Shown here: positions 48,091 to 51,462 of the stretch, one piece after another
Numbering within the stretch: the stretch's first letter is position 1
How the letters are laid out: each line of letters begins with the position of its first letter
Assembly (NCBI GenBank): GCA_001599295.1
Contig: BCGN01000006.1
Span: forward strand, 1,364,001 to 1,415,462
Source of the DNA: Sporopachydermia quercuum
Lineage: Eukaryota
Direction of reading: 5' to 3'
DNA length: 51,462 bases
The notes under the pieces: model-generated
The model's input: the letters and a program-made list of their open reading frames with translations, nothing else
Databases searched by the model: none
Told to the model about the DNA's origin: nothing
Program-made: the position numbers and the translations under genes

Positions 48091-48620
48091 TGTAAAAAAA
48101 ACCATAAATCGGTGCATAGTACTTCTGAAATAATGTTCTACTTATGATTTCTCTTCTTAAATCTCAATCTCTCGGATAACAATCCGCCAGGGCAAGAATT
48201 CTCTTCTATTTTGAGGAAAATATGTCAACCAAGTTTGTCTCCACTGTTAAGCAATATGTTCTTAGGATTCGTACGAGGGACCTCTCAAACCGATCGAGAC
48301 TATAATAGACTTTACATCACACAAGACTGAATTGAGTTATCATTATTTTATGTCTGTTAAACTTCACAATCAAAGTGTCCACCGCTCATTTGAATAGACC
48401 AAATGCATTTATAGCTAACTATTACAGTTTAAACAGATGATTATTGCCAGTACACAGCTTCACTGGATTAGAAGGACTATGCTTTTAGTACGGGGTATAG
48501 GCAAATGTAGCGTAATAATAATTGAATAGAAGAATTAGTAAGCTGACAGTAACTGAGATGAAAGTATTTTGTCACTTACTTGGTTATCCATAGTAAATTT
48601 CTTTTTTTAAGTACTAAAGA

Positions 48621-48660
48621 TTGACAAGAATTGACAAGAATTGACAAGAATTGACAAGAT
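48621..48660. repeat. 10-bp tandem repeat (TTGACAAGAA x4, last unit variant)
   Basis: Read directly. Confidence 0.9.
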
Positions 48661-49327
48661 TTGTTTAGAATTGTGTCATTTATAAGGTTTTTCCAAGTTA
48701 TNTATTTAACTTAGAGTTTAAGTTTTAAAGTGCAAGCTTAAGAGTTGTACTGAAACTTGAGAAGCTTAAAAACTCACAGTATGAAACTAAACATAGCTTA
48801 CCTGGATAACTCGTTATAAAGTTTCGGAAAGATACTCCTATGTATCCCTATAATCATAATTCGCGAACATAAGTATATCAAAAATAATATTACTTTGAAC
48901 ATTTGTTGAGGACTATTCTATGTACATATAAAAAGAAATATGTGACATCAAGACTTATACTCAAATATCATTTTGCATGTATATAAAAAATTAGTTAATG
49001 TGAGAGTAGTGTGATAAGTCATAATATGCCATAGTGTTTACATATAACTGATCACAAGAAAGTTAGTAAGTAAGGCTTCACTTTNCTTTCTGTTGAAGAT
49101 TTTCTGTTACCTTACTTGAAGTTTAATATTAAAGTCCGGAGGCTGATGGTGGACTCCAGAATTGTCCTATTTAAATAAGCAATTGTCACCACTACCTTGT
49201 ACTACACCGTAGAATTAGTAACCTCATTGGAAATATACTATTTTCTCTTTAAAAAGAACCTCTCGATTTTGAGTGCATAGAATACAGCTAGTTCAGTTTA
49301 TTGTGATTGTGAAAGACATACTTTAAA

Positions 49328-50533
49328 ATGGCACCAACAATAACTTCGGTTCAAGATTTAATTGACAATGATGAAAAGTATCAAAAAATTGTAATTGATA
49401 CCAAAAAGAAAGCGGAATTGGGTAAAGATGCATCTTTACTTGAATTCATTCCAGAAAACACTAAAGTCAGACTGGAGAGACACGGTATCGATATAAAAAA
49501 TGGTTACCCAGAGAAGACCGAAACGGTTCCAGTTTTTCATGATCAAGCACTTGCAATCAGAAACGAAGATAGAGAGTACATTGAAAGGGGGAAGAACGCT
49601 GATCCTGAGAAGAAGGCTCTTTTCGGTGCTGCTAAAGAAGTAATTGATTTGACTCCTCATATTGGAACTGAAATTGTCGGTCTCCAGTTGGGTGATTTAA
49701 CTGATCAACAAAAGGATGAACTTGCTTTATTGGTCGCTGAAAGAACTGTCGTGTTTTTCAGAGACCAAGATTTATCTCCTAAAAAGCAATTGGAACTTGG
49801 CCAATACTATGGAGAGGTTGAAGTTCACCCAGTAGTACCTCATGTTCCTGGACTTCCTGGTACCACTGTTATTTGGCCTGATTATGCTACTAGAAAAGGG
49901 GGACATAAATATACCCACAAAAAGCCTTTTGGAACAGCTATATGGCATAGTGATCTTTCTCATGAGTATCAACCTGCTGGTATTACCCATTTGCATTTGG
50001 ACCAGATCCCAAGTGTCGGTGGTGACACATTATGGGCATCGGGCTATGCCGCTTACGATAAACTCTCTCCAGAGCTGCAAAAGTTTCTTGAAGGAAAGCA
50101 TGGTGTATACCGCTCTTTACACCCATATATTGATAGAGATGATCCACTAAGTGGACCAAAGTATATTGAAAGAGTACACCCTCTAGTCAGAACCCATCCT
50201 GCTACTGGCTGGAAGTCGTTGTGGGTCAACAAGCATTATACCTTCAAGATTGTTGAATTAGAACCTGCTGAAAGTGATGTCATTCTTAACTATTTGTTTG
50301 GTATCTATGAAAAGAACTTAGATATACAAGTTAGATTCAAATGGAAGGCTTCTGATAAGCCTGGATACGGAACATCCGCTATTTGGGATAACAGAATCTC
50401 TCAGCACTTTGCTGTATATGATTATGAAGGAAATGAACCTCGACATGGTACTAGAGTCACTGCTCTTGCTGAGAAGCCATACTTGGATCCTAACTCAAAA
50501 TCCAGAAGAGAGGCCCTTGGGTTACCTGTTTAA
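49328..50533 (+). CDS. JLP1: TauD/Jlp1-family dioxygenase, copy A2, 401 aa
   Basis: WHSDLSHE, GGDTLWAS, AIWDNRISQH. Same length and N-terminus type as A1. Confidence 0.92.
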   Translation: MAPTITSVQDLIDNDEKYQKIVIDTKKKAELGKDASLLEFIPENTKVRLERHGIDIKNGYPEKTETVPVFHDQALAIRNEDREYIERGKNADPEKKALFGAAKEVIDLTPHIGTEIVGLQLGDLTDQQKDELALLVAERTVVFFRDQDLSPKKQLELGQYYGEVEVHPVVPHVPGLPGTTVIWPDYATRKGGHKYTHKKPFGTAIWHSDLSHEYQPAGITHLHLDQIPSVGGDTLWASGYAAYDKLSPELQKFLEGKHGVYRSLHPYIDRDDPLSGPKYIERVHPLVRTHPATGWKSLWVNKHYTFKIVELEPAESDVILNYLFGIYEKNLDIQVRFKWKASDKPGYGTSAIWDNRISQHFAVYDYEGNEPRHGTRVTALAEKPYLDPNSKSRREALGLPV

Positions 50534-51285
50534 AAGACTACGCTGCAAAATATTATATTTGATATACAATTATATTTTTTTATTGCCGAACACTGTAATC
50601 GTGTAGAATTTTATTATCTTATCACCAGCTATTCTTCTAAAAACTGTTTTCCGAGTGAAACGGCCACCTGGTTTGATAAATCTGATAATTGATTAGGATC
50701 CTACGGGCAACTTTTGCAATTGACATCAGATCGCAGATCAAGCTTTTGTTGGTAATTAATTTTTTTTTACCATAAGTAACGCACCCCATACTTTCTACTT
50801 CTGCTTGAATATTCATTGCAAATCCTGTTGATCTATGGTGCAATAAGGCATGGTTTCCCAAAACTCTATATTAAGTTAAGCTTTACATATCGTGTAATTT
50901 AGCAGAAGTCTTATAGTACAATATTAAAGTGGGTTGAACCTTAAACTCCCTCTAACTTATCTTAAACAACCATTCCGACTACCTCGTAGATGAATTTTGG
51001 ATGAAATCCCCACCGCATTTTGAATGAAGATAGCCCGAAATTTCCAATACATTAGTAATGCGATCAATTTCGAATATATTCTGATTATAACGTATTTTTC
51101 GAATCTTAATTATTGACGTCTAAGGGGCGAATTGCCTAAAGCTTTGTGCTTCTCCATTCTTATTATTCTTCTTATTAAAACTATTGAAATATTCAAACAG
51201 TTAAACCACGTGCAACAGCCCTTTTGAGGTTAGATCAGTTATGCTACAGAAAAGAGACCATATAGCACACATAATATGTAACATA

Positions 51286-51462
51286 ATGGCACCCAGTACA
51301 ACAATATTACAGGAGACTGATACCTTAAACGGTTTCGAGAAGTTAGTAATCTCACCCAAACCAAAGATTGCATTGGGAAAAGAAGCTTCCTATATTGAAA
51401 AGCTTCCACCAAATACGAAGATCAGATTCGAGAAACATGGAATTGATTTAAGTAACGGTTAT
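51286..51462 (+). CDS. JLP1: TauD/Jlp1-family dioxygenase, copy B2 (5' part, runs off window)
   Basis: MAPSTTILQETDTLNGFEKLVISPKPKIALGKEASYIEKLPPNTKIRFEKHGIDLSNGY. 51368-51462 is identical to B1 42150-42244. Not in the ORF track. Confidence 0.88.
   Translation, partial: MAPSTTILQETDTLNGFEKLVISPKPKIALGKEASYIEKLPPNTKIRFEKHGIDLSNGY

Noticed and set aside
48064..48660. Short tandem repeats as CRISPR or telomeric arrays
   Set aside because: Eukaryotic DNA, no spacers, only 3-4 units; ordinary slippage repeats.

Overview
AT-rich chromosomal segment of a budding yeast (Saccharomycotina): spliceosomal introns have GTATGT/GTAAGT donors, (T)ACTAAC branch points and YAG acceptors, and CTG sits at conserved Leu positions, so the standard code fits. 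About 18 protein genes. Housekeeping genes: MLS1, PAN3, CEG1, STO1/CBC1, PRE3, MNN11, a TMEM115-like gene and DLD1. Ten introns missed by the ORF track can be reconstructed in frame (PAN3 1, CEG1 3, STO1 1, PRE3 5). Two accessory nutrient-scavenging clusters stand out. (1) At 18.0-25.7 kb, a Ppr1/UaY-type Zn2Cys6 factor, a Tpn1/Fcy2-family NCS1 permease and an MtaD/AtzA-type deaminase with atypical active-site motifs. All three promoters carry a GCGG-N6-CC(G/A)C inverted repeat plus GATAAG sites, which suggests a self-regulated regulon for using an unknown amino-heterocycle as a nitrogen source. This is the best candidate for an undescribed system. (2) From 37.5 kb to the window end, an FMO, four JLP1/TauD dioxygenases in a duplicated A-B/A-B layout with gene-conversion-like tracts, and a Dal5-family MFS transporter, probably for organosulfur scavenging. 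No tRNA, rRNA, CRISPR or transposon was recognised. All assignments come from reading motifs by eye; no database search was run.
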